Assembly: GCA_002269645.1 (NCBI GenBank)
Contig: NIVC01001463.1
Coordinates: forward strand, 62,001-126,000
DNA: 64,000 bases
Direction of reading: 5' to 3'
DNA from: Macrostomum lignano
Taxonomy: Eukaryota
In this document: positions 51,775 through 64,000 of the stretch, in pieces
Position numbering within the stretch: position 1 is the stretch's first letter
How the letters are laid out: each line of letters opens with the position of its first letter
Translations under genes and position numbers: made by a program
Notes under the pieces: model-generated
The model's input: the letters and a program-made list of their open reading frames with translations, nothing else
Told to the model about the DNA's origin: nothing
Database searches by the model: none

Positions 51775-51925
51775 GATGGGCTGGGCTGTAATAGGCTGTA
51801 ATGGGCTGTAATAGGCTGTAATGGGCTGTAATAGGCTGTAATGGGCTGTAATAGGCTGTAATGGGCTGTAATAGGCTGTAATGGGCTGTAATAGGCTGTA
51901 ATGGGCTGTAATAGGCTGTAATGGG
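51775..51925. repeat. 20-bp (10+10) minisatellite
   Basis: Unit AATGGGCTGTAATAGGCTGT. Confidence 0.93.
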
Positions 51926-52034
51926 CACTTGTAAAGCTACCGTAGGTTGTAATCAGACGGAAGGCTGGAGAATGGAGTCACGTGCCGTCTCATCCGGCTC
52001 AAGAAGTATATGGCCAGTCCTTATCTCGTCTTCT

Positions 52035-52545
52035 AGCTCGTATCTCTCGTGTCTCTCCTTCTATCTCTCGTGTCTCTCCTTCTATCTCTCGTGTCTCTCC
52101 TTCTATCTCTCGTGTCTCTCCTTCTATCTCTCGTGTCTCTCCTTCTATCTCTCGTGTCTCTCCTTCTATCTCTCGTGTCTCTCCTATCTCTCGTGTCTCT
52201 CCTTCTATCTCTCGTGTCTCTCCTTCTATCTCTCATGTCTCTCCTTCTATCTCTCGTGTCTCTTCTATCTCTCGTGTCTCTCCTTCTATCTCTCGTGTCT
52301 CTTCTATCTCTCGTGTCTCTCCTTCTATCTCTCGTGTCTCTCCTATCTCTCGTGTCTCTCCTTCTATCTCTCGTGTCTCTCCTTCTATCTCTCGTGTCTC
52401 TCCTTCTATCTCTCATGTCTCTCCTTCTATCTCTCGTGTCTCTCCTTCTATCTCTCATGTCTATCCCTCTATCTCTCGTGTCTCTCCTTCTATCTCTCGT
52501 GTCTCTGTATCTCTCATGTCTATCCCTCTATCTCTCGTGTCTCTC
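52035..52545. repeat. 21-bp pyrimidine-rich minisatellite
   Basis: Unit TCTATCTCTCGTGTCTCTCCT. Confidence 0.95.
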
Positions 52546-53469
52546 CTTCCATTTCTTGTATTTCTTGGGTCTTACTCTATAAGATTGGGTCTGCCTTTAT
52601 AAGATTGGGTCTGCCTTTATAAGATAGGGTCTGCCTCTGTCTCATAAAAGCAAAAAAGCAGCGAACTACCTGCATAGCAGATCCCGGTTCCTGCCTATAC
52701 TTTCACCTTCACATTTTCCCTCCTGACTAACCTGAAACCGAATACTCGAGCCCTGTGCCTATAGCAACCATTTCAGATTGGAATCTCAGGCCAATAATGA
52801 GCCTATAGAAAACTTGTTGACAGCGGTGGGGGGGCTGTTTTTCGGCTCAATTAGAGCGTGAAATCGAATTGAATTCGTGCAACGAAGAAAAAAGTTACCG
52901 ATCAGGCAAGAAGTGAACCTGATTCTAGCTGTGTGTTGCGAGACCGCTATACAGATCCCAAATCCCAAGCGGCACGCACCTGGTTGTCAAGGCGGGTCGA
53001 GTCGCTCCCCTTCTCTCCGATCATGAGATTTTTTCCGCCTCCAGATTCCCAATCCCCTTCTTACTTTTCCCCGCAACTCAAGCCAAACAGAGGGTCTCCC
53101 TCCCAATCTCCCGAATTGGAACAGCCTCGACCTTGCCGGTCCCCGAGCTCGACCCCGATAACATCACTTTCCCTCACCAACCTGACACGTGGCCCCAGGG
53201 GGGAAGGGGAAGAAGCATAATTCGAGGAGTCTGGGCCAGAGCACTCTCCATCCTTCATCTCAGGGACCCACTCTGCGAGCACTTGGCCAGGCCAGTTGCT
53301 ATGACAGATGCGAGCAGCAGTTTCCTCAATTTACTCACCTACATCATACACTCAGCCTTGATAATGAACGGAAGTGCGAGCGCAGAGGCTAAATAGAACT
53401 CTGGCACCTCTTCTCCTAAGTTAACTTCCGGCGCAATGCATCACTTCCGGTGGGCAACCGAAAGTTCGA

Positions 53470-53505
<36 letters not shown>

Positions 53506-53804
53506 TGATGACGCGTTGACTGACCTCCCGGAAGCTGAAAATATATTTGGAGTTTTTTGAATAGAATTCTTATCGTTGGCAAGATTACTACAGGAGTTAG
53601 ATTTTGGCATTTGTCAGCTAGTTGCTAACTGGCTGCTGCTTCCGGTATACTCTGGGCGTGTTGTGAGTCATCGTGAGTTATTTAATACTTCAGGCCATTT
53701 TTATGCTTTGGGATTTGATGTAGACCGGCTTGTCTAAATTACAGTAGTAAATTACAGTATTACCTGTAGCATGAGTAACTCGTCAGTCATAGACTCATTC
53801 AGTA

Positions 53805-54515
53805 TGACCCCTCCACCCCTGTGTTGGTGGTAAAGCGTGACTGTGTGACCCCCTCTACACCTGTGTTGGTGGTAAAGCGTGACTGTGTGACCCCCTCTAC
53901 ACCTGTGTTGGTGGTAAAGCGTGACTGTGTGACCCCCTCTACACCTGTGTTGGTGGTAAAGCGTGACTGTGTGACCCCTCTACCCCTGTGTCACCTTCAC
54001 CTTCACACGGTAAAGTCTGATCCCCTCCACCCCTGTGTTTGTGGAAAGGTGTGACCCCCTCTCTACCCCTGTGTTGGTGGAAAAGTGTGACCCCCTCTCT
54101 ACCCCTGTGTTGGTGGAAAAGTGTGACCCCCTCTCTACCCCTGTGTTGGTGGAAAAGTGTGACCCCCTCTACCCCTGTGTTTGTGGAATATTGTGACCCC
54201 TTTACCCCTGTGTTGGTGGAAAAGTGTGACCCCCTCTCTACCCCTGTGTTTGTGGAAAAGTGTGACCCCCTCTACCCCTGTGTTTGTGGAAAAGTGTGAC
54301 CCCCTCTACCCCTGTGTTTGTGGAAAAGTTTGACCCCCTCTTCCCCTGTGTTGGTGGTAAAGTGTAACCCCCTCTACCCCTGTGTTGCGGTAAAGTGTGA
54401 CCCCCTCTACCCCTGTGTTGGCGGTAAAGTGTGACCCCCTCTTCCCCTGTGTTGGTGGTAAAGAGTGATCCCCTCTACCCCTGTGTTGCGGTAAAGTGTG
54501 ACCCCCTCTACACCT
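53805..54515. repeat. ~33-39-bp minisatellite
   Basis: Unit approx GTGTGACCCCCTCTACCCCTGTGTTGGTGGAAAA. Confidence 0.92.
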
Positions 54516-55564
54516 CGCTGTGCTTAACGATTAATTTTCTATTTTGTTTCAAACTTTTTCCTTCTCCGAGACAGGCTGACAGGATATTCCACTTTTTACA
54601 GCCTATCTATCTATCTATCGGTTCTAAAAGAAGACAGGAAACAGGTCAGGCTCGGTTCGAAATGGGCTCCCTGCACCCAACAACCAGCCCCTTGAATCTC
54701 AGCCCTTGGCAGGGGGTCCGGCCCAGCCAGTGACCGGACAGATGAGGGGCGGCAGAATCCCAGGAAGGCTGCTGGGACCGGTGCAGCCATGGCGGGTGTC
54801 ACTTTCTATACTTCCCACAGCTCCCCCCAGCTTCCCAGATTCCTCATCATCAATCAATCCCGATCCGAGCCGCTGATATTCGACAAATTCCTCCCCCTTG
54901 TGCCACCCCCATCCCTCCTTCGCTACTTCCCTCAACCTCGGCCAGGCCAGAGAGTGAAAAAAATAAGTGGCATCGCACGGCCTGTTCGGGGGTGCCGCTT
55001 GGAGACACGCGACTGAAGGAAGGAAAGAAGCGAGGCGGACTTGAACAAACACTCGAGGCGCTCACTATGGTCCGCTGGAATTGGAACCCGGGGGGGGGGG
55101 GGCAATGCAAGGATGGAGCAAACACATATTAGTGCCCGGAACTGTCCGCGCATACACATTTCCTATGCATCCAGAATTTTGGCTGCAGTTATGGTACAGC
55201 GTAACAGCGTCACTCGAACTGCTGCCATGGCTCCCGCATGGTCCCTCGGGGGGAGGGGGTGCTGGCGGTGGGACTTCTTCCTTCCACCTTGGCACTTGGG
55301 TCTCTGCACTGCAGGGAGATCGGCCAGGGCCTTAGCAACAAGAAATTTTTGCGCCGCTAAGCCAGGTACTATAGCCTCGTGCAGTATAAGCACCCCCTCC
55401 CCCCTGATTGCTGCTGTTGCTTCTTCTGCCTTTCCTGATGACTTCTGGCCCACCTCTTTTAGGGCTTTCATGGCCCAGAAATTGGAAACTTGCTCTTAGC
55501 TTATCAGTTTGGTCACTGAAAAGTTGTAGTGATCGAAATTATCCCTAATTAAAATCTCCGCGGT

Positions 55565-56115
55565 TTTCGAATTCTCCAATCTTCACATTCACCCGCCTTC
55601 ACATTCACCAATCTTCATTCAACAATCTTCACATTCACATTCACCAATATTCACATTCCCCTAATCCCACACTTCCCCACTCTTCACATTCAACAATCTT
55701 CACATTCACATTCACCAATCTTCACATTCCCCTAATCCCACACTTCCCCACTCTTCACATTCATCAATCTTCACATTCACCCGCCTTCACATTCACCCGC
55801 CTTCACATTCACCAATCTTCACATTCATCAATCTTCTCATTTACCCAATCTTCACATTCACAAAATCTTCACATTCACCAGTCTTCACATTCTCCCAATC
55901 TCAGACTTCCCCACTCTTCACATTCAATAATCTTCACATTCACCTATCTTCACATTCACCCTATCTTCACATTCACCCAATCTTCCCATCAACCCAATCT
56001 TCACATCTCCCCAATCTTCACATCTCCCCAATCTTCACATCTCCCGAATCTTCACATCTCCCCAATCTTCACATCTCCCCAATCTTCACATTCACCCAAT
56101 CTTCACATTCCCAAA
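55565..56115 (+). repeat. 15-16-bp CTTCACATTC-family array (copy 1)
   Basis: Unit CCAATCTTCACATTC(A/C). Confidence 0.9.
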
Positions 56116-57389
56116 TGTTTGTTCAGAATCCAAATATATTTAAATTAAAACCATTGAACAGGTGGCCACTACCTATTATAAACATCAACATGCATAGCTA
56201 TTTTCTTGTGGAAAATGGATTGAAAAACATGTTGTTAACGAAAGGCCGGGTGCGTTGAAAAAGAATTTCAAATGCCGAGACTGAAAATTGAGCTCAAGCC
56301 CACACAAACCCGATGCCCACTCGGACAACAAGAATGTCGAACTCCAACCCTTCAAGCCTTAATGATGGATGATCTCGGGGTAGGGCGTGAGGGGTTAGAC
56401 AGGCAGGCAGACAGGCGGACAGACAGACAAGTTTCCATTTGTGAAAGCTCTGCTATTATCGAGCCGGCATCAGCCGGCGGCCCCGTGCGGACCCCCTGGA
56501 GGCTTTCCCTTCAGGACAGGAAGCAGACACTGGGTGCAGCCCTGACAGGTTACAAGACACGAAGACGTGAGAGGACCCGACAAGCCCATTCTCGCTTCAG
56601 CTCATGATTACGTTAGAGAACTGGGAGGGCAGGATAAATAACTACCGAGATTGGGATCTGTCTTATCCGCCGAGAGAAGGGGAAAATGACCGGGTCTCAA
56701 AAAGGCGGGGATAGGAAATCTTGAAGATCGGATTAACTATGCTTATTAAATTATCAATTCCACTATTGACCCCATCTGTTCAAATCCTTTCTCCCCAATC
56801 CGTGCAACGAAATTTTGATACAACCAAATTCAATGTAGCGCCTGAGCCGCTGATACTGATAGGGAAAATGTCCCAAGTCGGTCGCTTTTGTATCGACCTG
56901 TCTGCAGTTCGGTCATTAGATGAGAAAATCCCCGCTGTTGTTTTTATCCCACAGATCGATTCCGCATCCCTTAATCCGCTTCGAAGCCCTCATTTCAGCT
57001 TCTCACGCTTCATCTGTTTAGCGCAGGGGGGGGGGAGGCGGCTAAATAAGGGACAGGTGCAGGAGCGGTGGGCCCCTTGCACACTTTTTCCATTATTATG
57101 AATCCCAAATTTGCGGATACCCTATCAGGCTGTGGATTTGGGGAGATTCTATAGCCTGGGGAATAGAAAAAAACTCCCCTTGGGATCTAAACAGACCCAT
57201 TGGCCTTCTATATTATTTAGGTCAGAAAAAATCTCCCAGCGCAGCAAGTGTGGGGGAGAATTCCCAAGGAGGTCTGGAAGGATGGATCTGGAGTGACGAT
57301 GATTTTCTTAGCAGCAACTGCGGTCTGCTGAGAGGGAAATGCTGCTAATCAAGTTGGGATTGTGAATTTTTGAGTAAGATTGGAAACTT

Positions 57390-58195
57390 GAAGAATGTGA
57401 AAAATGAGGAATTTAAAGATTGGAGAATGTGAAGCTTGGAGAATGTGAAGCTTGGGGAATGTGAAGCTTGGAGAATGTGAAGCTTGGAGAATGTGAAGCT
57501 TGGAGAATGTGAAGCTTGGGGAATGTGAAGCTTGGAGAATGTGAAGCTTGGGGAATGTGAGGCTTGGAGAATGTGAAGCTTGGAGAATGTGAAGCTTGGA
57601 GAATGTGAAGCTTGGAGAATGTGAAGCTTGGGGAATGTGAAGCTTGGAGAATGTGAAGCTTGGGGAATGTGAAGCTTGGGGAATGTGAAGCTTGGGGAAT
57701 GTGAAGCTTGGAGAATGTGATGCTTGGGGAATGTGAAGCTTGGGGAATGTGAAGCTTGGGGAATGTGAAGCTTGGGGAATGTGAAGCTTGGGGAATGTGA
57801 TGCTTGAGGAATGTGAAGCTTGAGGAATGTGTAGCTTGGAGAATGTGAAGCTTGGAGAATGTGAAGCTTGGAGAATGTGATGCTTGGGGAATGTGAATAT
57901 TAAAGAATGTAAAGATTGGGGAATGTGAAGATTGGGGAATGTGAAGCTTGGGGAATGTGAAGCTTGGGGAATGTGAAGCTTGGGGAATGTGAAGCTTGGG
58001 GAATGTGAAGCTTGGGGAATGTGAAGCTTGGGGAATGTGAAGCTTGGAGGAATGTGAAGCTTGGGGAATGTGAAGCTTGGGGAATGTGAAGCTTGGGGAA
58101 TGTGAAGCTTGAGGAATGTGAAGCTTGGAGGAATGTGAAGCTTGGGGAATGTGGAGCTTGGAGAATGTGAAGCTTGGAGAATGTGATGCTTTAGG
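57390..58195 (-). repeat. 16-bp CTTCACATTC-family array (copy 2, inverted)
   Basis: Plus-strand unit GAATGTGAAGCTTGG(G/A); reverse complement CCAAGCTTCACATTC. Confidence 0.93.
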
Positions 58196-59039
58196 GAACA
58201 TGAAATTTCGGAGGACGGCAACTAAGGCATGTTAAACTTTGAGATTGTGAATCACTTCCGGTTGCTAGTATTTTCTGCTATGAATTGCTTCCATCGAAAG
58301 TTTTGATTTGTGAAAGAGATGCTAATTCCAGATTCTCCGTACAAAGCCTCCTTGGACTTCTCCATCCCTTCGGCTGAGTCAATGCTTCTCCTTCCCTCCC
58401 CAGCAGTCAAAACAACCCCATCCAGCCTCATCGAGGCTGGCGCCCGCCTCCCACTAAGCTCATTTCCGGTCTAGCAGAGCGTCCTGAAAATTTGAGAACG
58501 AATTTGAAAAAAAAACTGCCCACAGCAGGACCCCCGCTCGCTTCATCAGCACTCAGCCCTTGAGACCTTCACGCCCGACTGACCCAGCCGCCCTCGGGTC
58601 GCTGCTTCCAGGGGAGGCGGAAGGAGAATTATCCCATCAAGAGCTACTAATAGCAGCTGCCGAAAAAATTTCTCAACACCTGCTTTTCCTCTCATCGTTT
58701 CCCAGGACTCGCTCATTCAGTCTGAGACTGGAGCAGCGGTGGAGGAGGGTGCTCATCGCACATTTTTAACAATGACAATTGTGCTGCAGACAGGCTCATT
58801 GAGGCCAAGTTGCCAGAATTCTCGTTTTAAGAGAGATGGTTGTTAGCCTAGTCTGATGCCAACATTTTCTAGAATCTATTAGAAATTCCCCCTTGGACAG
58901 AATAAGCTGTAAAATAGTTCAATCAATTCCCCAGGGAATTAGCAAATTTCCTTAGGATTTCAGTTACACGAATACGTCTCTGAAACTAAGGAAATATAAC
59001 CAATAAAATTCATTATTTTATTGATTTATTAAGTAAGAG

Positions 59040-59250
59040 AATTTCCAGGAGAGAATTTTGCCAGAAAGAATTCCCCAGGAAAGAATTGCCCAGGAAAATG
59101 TTCCCCTGAAAGGAATTGTCTAGGAAAAATTTCCCAGCGTAGAATTGCCATAGGAAAGAATTCCCAGAAGGCCAGAAAAGAGTTCCCCAGAAAATAATTC
59201 CCCTGAATAGAATTCTCCAGGTAGGAATTCCCCAGGAAAGAATTTCATGC
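59040..59250. repeat. Degenerate GAATTCCCCAGGA-type short tandem repeat
   Basis: Repeated (A/G)AATT(C/T)CC(C)AG motifs. Confidence 0.7.
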
Positions 59251-59969
59251 ACGAATTCCAAAATGGCTAACCCGCCTCACTGGGGACTTAACTTAGTCAA
59301 GAAAGCCTTAATGACTTGGCACAGTTCGTAATTGCAACAAAATGAGATCATAAATTGGGCACAAATCCGACACAAGCTTACTCGTAAGTGTCCGCCTTTT
59401 CTCTACTGAAGAATGCCGTCCAAGATCTGTTTTTATTGGTGCCGTTTGACTATTTTTTGTGTTTATAAGCGCGACCTGCACAGTATTTTAGGATCATAGA
59501 GATTAGCTGCCTATTTTACGCGTGCGCTCTAGAAATTTGCATTTCGAACACTGCCCGTGCCTGTGGCACCTCTGTGGCACCCTTTTCAAGTTGTCCCAGT
59601 TTCCAAGATGATGTCGGATTACTGCGCACAAATTGCACGAATATTCGAGGTTCAGTCTGTTTCTCTTTCGATAATGTATCAAAGTTTCTGTTGTTTTTCT
59701 GCCCGCACCGAGATAAACAAACTATTTTACAGTCTAAACACAAAAAATGTAATCTTAGTTTAAAATTGAAGTATCTATTGAGCGGAGAGGAAATAGTTTA
59801 AGGAGGCTGGCGTGACTCGCTTTCAGAGTGATGTTGAAATCCCCAATTCACAATTTCTTGTTCAGAGATTCGCCAAAATTCATATCGGGTCGCTTCACTA
59901 AAGTTCACTGACCAGAAACTTCACAGAATTGAAATGCTCAAAGCATCGGTAGGTACGAGTATTTGTTTG

Positions 59970-60490
59970 GAGAATGTGAAGCTTGAGGAATGTGAAGATT
60001 GGGGAACGTGAAGATTGGGGAATATGAAGCTTGGGAGTGTGAAGATTGGGGAATGTGAAGATTGGGGAATGTGAAGATTGGGGAATGTGGAGATTGGGGA
60101 ATGTGAACATTGAGGAATGTTAAGATTGGGGAATGTGAAGATTGGGGAACGTGAGGGTTTGGGGAATGTGAAGACTGGGGAATGTGAAGACTGGGGAATG
60201 TGAAGCTTGGGGAATGTAAAGCTTGGGGAACGTGAAGATTGGGGAACGTGAGGGTTTGGGGAATGTGAAGACTGGGGAATGTGAAGACTGGGGAATGTGA
60301 AGCTTGGGGAATGTAAAGCTTGGGGAACGTGAAGATTGGGGAATGTGAAGCTTGGGGAATGGGAAGATTGGGAAATGTAAACATTAGGGAATGTATTAAC
60401 ATTAGGGTTGAAGAATTTGAAGGTTGGGGAATGTAAAGGTTGAGAAATGTGAAGATTTAAGAATGTGAAGATCGAGGAACGTGAAGGCTG
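59970..60490 (-). repeat. 16-17-bp CTTCACATTC-family array (copy 3, inverted)
   Basis: Plus-strand units GAATGTGAAGATTGGG / GAATGTGAAGCTTGGG. Confidence 0.9.
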
Positions 60491-62274
60491 GAGAATCTGA
60501 AGCTCGGAGATTTTAATGTTTTTTTTCCAAACGTTAATTTCGGGGCTTGTAAATTAGGGGCTATTCGAGATTGTGAATTCACGAATCACCTCCAGCATTG
60601 TTGGATAAGGAAGCACGGCATTCAGGCCAGCGCAAGACGGCTTTTAATGTCGATTAGGGCTATCCTAGAGATCCTGGCCCAGCCAGTGTTCCACAGCAAT
60701 AAAATCGAGCGAGTTTCAGGGTGCAGAGATGGGAGGATTTGGGGCCCTCCGTGGCTCCCCCCTCATTAGCAATTCAATCGGAAGTGATTAATGTGTGCGC
60801 GTGCCGTGCCTTGGGATAAAGACTGAACTGAAATCAGCCTGCTCGCTTTCGGGTGCCCACCCCCCACTCCCCGAAGCAGAAGATTAAAAAGGAAATGCGG
60901 AAGCGAACGACGAGCGGAGAGATTAGAGGAGACCAGACGAGACGAGAGAAGGCCAGTGGAGGGGCGCAGGGCAGGGGCAGACAGACAGACAAGCACAGAG
61001 GAGAAACATGGTTTCCAAATTCTGAGCACAGACCGGTCATGCGGTGACCCAGATAGTGGAGAGGAAGCAGCAGCAGCAGCAGCAGCTGTGACAGAAACTT
61101 TACTGTCTAAGAATCGACACACACTCAGTGGGGCATGGGTGTCTGCTTTTTCTGTCAAGAAGCACCTGGCAGTGTGAGAATGTAATTTACTTTCAAGGTT
61201 CTAAGGTGTTTTACAACTAAAAGCAGACAAGCAAGCAATAATTCTTCCAAGCAAGTCTGCTACTAGATTTTTTTCCTTTTCTCCAATATTATTTTGAAGC
61301 TTTAGAAATCTGCGTACCCGAAGTTATTGAAGTGTCAGCTTTTCGATGGGGGGGGGCAGACATGGGAGAAATCCCAGCTGCTGCCGGCGTCAATGGTAAT
61401 CGGACTCCAAGCTCTCAGTCCTCCTCCTCCTCCGCACGGGCTTAAAATGCTCTCTGATAATTAATTGCATGCAAGACCTGGGCGGAACTTTGGCCGCCTT
61501 TGGGCTTGCGCAAACCTTATGCGAATGTATGCCTATAGTCGTATGTGTGTGTATATACTGTTAAGTCTCTTGATTGCGCAATCATTTACAGTCAAACGCC
61601 TGCGGGTTAAACGCGCCGGTCACGGTTGAACCCCCCCCCGCCCGAGTGCCTGACTGCGCTGCAGACGCTCATTAAAGCCAGGTACAATGCGTTAAACAAT
61701 GGAACTTATACACTCGAAGCTTCAAAAACCCGCCAAACCAGAATTGTATAAGAGGCTTCTGTATGCTTAAACTGCTTTTGCTGCTTCTGCTATTAGAAGA
61801 GTGACCCTTTAGTCCGAGCGAAAGCAGGAGGCAAACATGGCGCGGGCGGGCCTTAGCGCTGAGTGGCCGGTTTGAGTGGCCGGCAAAAGCACTTCGGTGC
61901 CTGTCGTAGCGGGACAAAATCAGACCAATTGGTGGCTGTGGCCCTCTTCTAAAAGCAGAGAGCAGAACAAGAGAGGAAGGAGAAAGGCGTCGCGGATAAT
62001 GGCGGACCCGAAGGGTTGGTCAAAGAGAATTGGGAGCTGTTAAACAGGATTTTCATTTTAATTTCTCTATTTGCTCTGCTCAACCTGAGCACCTCACTAT
62101 TGCGAGGTGGCTGCCCTCTCGAACAGTAAACGAATGGGCTCAATTGCTTTGACTAGGAGCAAATCTAATTGCTGTCAAACAGAAGACCTGTTTGCTCGAT
62201 TGTTCTCCGTCCCTAATGTTTTACTTTTAACATAATTATGAAATATGATTAATAGGGCTGAATATTTCTTGAAA

Positions 62275-62398
62275 AAACTCGACGAGCGGTAAAAGCGTGA
62301 CTCTCGCGCCGCCACCCCAGGTTCGATTCCGTTCGCGGTCACATTTATTTGGGGCTTGTGTGCATGAACATTGGCCTATAGGTTGGCGTGCGATTTGA

Positions 62399-62447
<49 letters not shown>

Positions 62448-62494
62448 GGCAGACAGACAGGCAGACAGACAGACAGACAGACAGACAGACAGGC

Positions 62495-62569
<75 letters not shown>

Positions 62570-62574
62570 TAGGC

Positions 62575-62643
<69 letters not shown>

Positions 62644-62825
62644 TACAGACAGACAGACAGACTCCCAAGGCACAGAGACTAGACAGTCAGGGCCGCTGTA
62701 CACCCTGTGTGAGCGTGTACACGAGTGCATGCCTGTGTACAGTATTCAGGAGGCAGCGGAACGGGCAGGATTGCCGTCAGCGCTGGTTGTGGAACCATGT
62801 CGCCGAAGGCGTAGCGCCAGGGTGC
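62275..62825 (+). mobile_element. tRNA-derived SINE copy D with an internal (GACA)n expansion
   Basis: CCCCAGGTTCGATTCCGTTCGCGGTCACATTTATTTGGGGC head; (GACA)n at 62400-62660; body TAGACAGTCAGGGCCGCTGTACACCCTGTGTGAGCG...ATGTCGCCGAAGGCGTAGCGCCAGGGTG. Confidence 0.72.
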
Positions 62826-63344
62826 CTGCAGCCCTGCTGCAAATCTTTATTTATTTATTTTATGGTAAGCTGATATTGCAAAAACGAATAAATTTCTGCA
62901 TATTTGTTTTTTAACTTAACTCCACCTACAATGTCAATCAATGCACAAATTTGAATTTCTACAAACTGCTCTGCGCTATCTGATTACACCAAATCTGCAG
63001 CCAGTCGTGCATGAAAATACTGCTTAGCTAATTTGTTCGGGCTAGAACTGATGCAGATCTTATCCCTAAAAATGTTATAGTGCTCAGCAGCTGGTGGTGT
63101 ATCAAATTCTGCAACTCTGCATTTGTCACGTCCTCAATACATTTCGACTTTTTTATGTGTATTGCTATTAATAGAAATTTGATACTTTCAATGGAGAAGC
63201 GCTTCGTCCGGTCTGGGTGAAACTTGCTGGTTTCCCCTGCAGTCCACAGAATTAGTGCTTGTAGTTAGCGCGTTGGACTTGGATCCGTGACTTGAGAAGG
63301 ATTTTCTAATCTTTATTGTCTCGCACCATCTCTTGTGTCTTCTA

Positions 63345-64000
63345 CCTGACACATTCTATCGCGTCATGTAGAACTTCCTGACACAATATTACCTGACACA
63401 TTCTATCGCGTCATGTAGAACTTCCTGACACAATATTACCTGACACATTCTATCGCGTCATGTAGAACTTCCTGACAAAATATTACCTGACACATTCTAT
63501 TGCGTCATGTAGAACTTCCTGACACAATATTACCTGACACATTCTATTGCGTCATGTAGAACTTCCTGACACAATATTACCTGACACATTCTATCGCGTC
63601 ATGTAGAACTTCCTGACACAATAGCATCTGACACATTCTATTGCGTCATGTAGAACTTCCTGACACGATATTACCTGACACATTCTATTGCATCGTGTAG
63701 AACTTCCTGACACAATATTACCTGACACATTCTATTGCGTCATGTAGAACTTCCTGACGCAATATTAACTGACAAATTTTATTGTGGCATCTAGAACTTC
63801 CTGACACAGTAGCATCTGACACATTTTATTGCGTCGCCTATAACTTCCTGACACAGTAGCATCTGACACATTTTATTGCGTCACCTATAACTTCCTGACA
63901 CAGTAGCATCTGACACATTTTATTGCGTCACCTATAACTTCCTGACACAGTAGCATCTGACACATTTTATTGCGTCACCCATAACTTCCTGACACAGTAG
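63345..64000. repeat. 47-bp minisatellite running off the window end
   Basis: Unit CCTGACACATTCTATCGCGTCATGTAGAACTTCCTGACACAATATTA. Confidence 0.95.

Noticed and set aside
54611-55499. Cluster of overlapping 60-150 aa ORFs in a GC-rich island
   Set aside because: No recognisable motifs, no consistent splice chain, and ORFs on all frames as expected for GC-rich non-coding DNA.

Overview
Eukaryotic, repeat-rich metazoan DNA. The style (GC-rich exons with polyQ/polyA tracts, a minisatellite in almost every intron, huge (TCTA)n/(TCTG)n tracts) suggests a flatworm such as Macrostomum; this is inference only. Four spliced genes could be rebuilt by hand with consistent GT-AG phases: (1) a 12-exon USP24-type deubiquitinase (+, 5327-22722, 2372 aa); (2) a 2-exon rhodopsin-class peptide GPCR (-, 25757-27450, 429 aa); (3) a 4-exon uncharacterised Cys-rich beta-propeller/NHL-like protein (-, 39107-42586, 357 aa); (4) a 3-exon divergent Sox/MATA-type HMG-box transcription factor (-, 44521-47328, 455 aa). 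Mobile DNA comprises decayed Tc1/IS630 and hAT transposases, a long-TIR mariner deletion derivative, a 5'-truncated Penelope-like element with a 12-bp TSD and a hammerhead ribozyme, a 5'-truncated RTE-type LINE, and several copies of a tRNA-derived SINE. About 30 tandem arrays account for most of the long ORFs in the track, which are spurious. Best leads: a USP24 intron that looks like a SINE insertion whose 10-bp target-site duplication supplies both splice sites; a 12-bp junction repeat on USP24 intron 1; an intronic minisatellite built from RFX X-box motifs; the PLE hammerhead; and the atypical HMG box.
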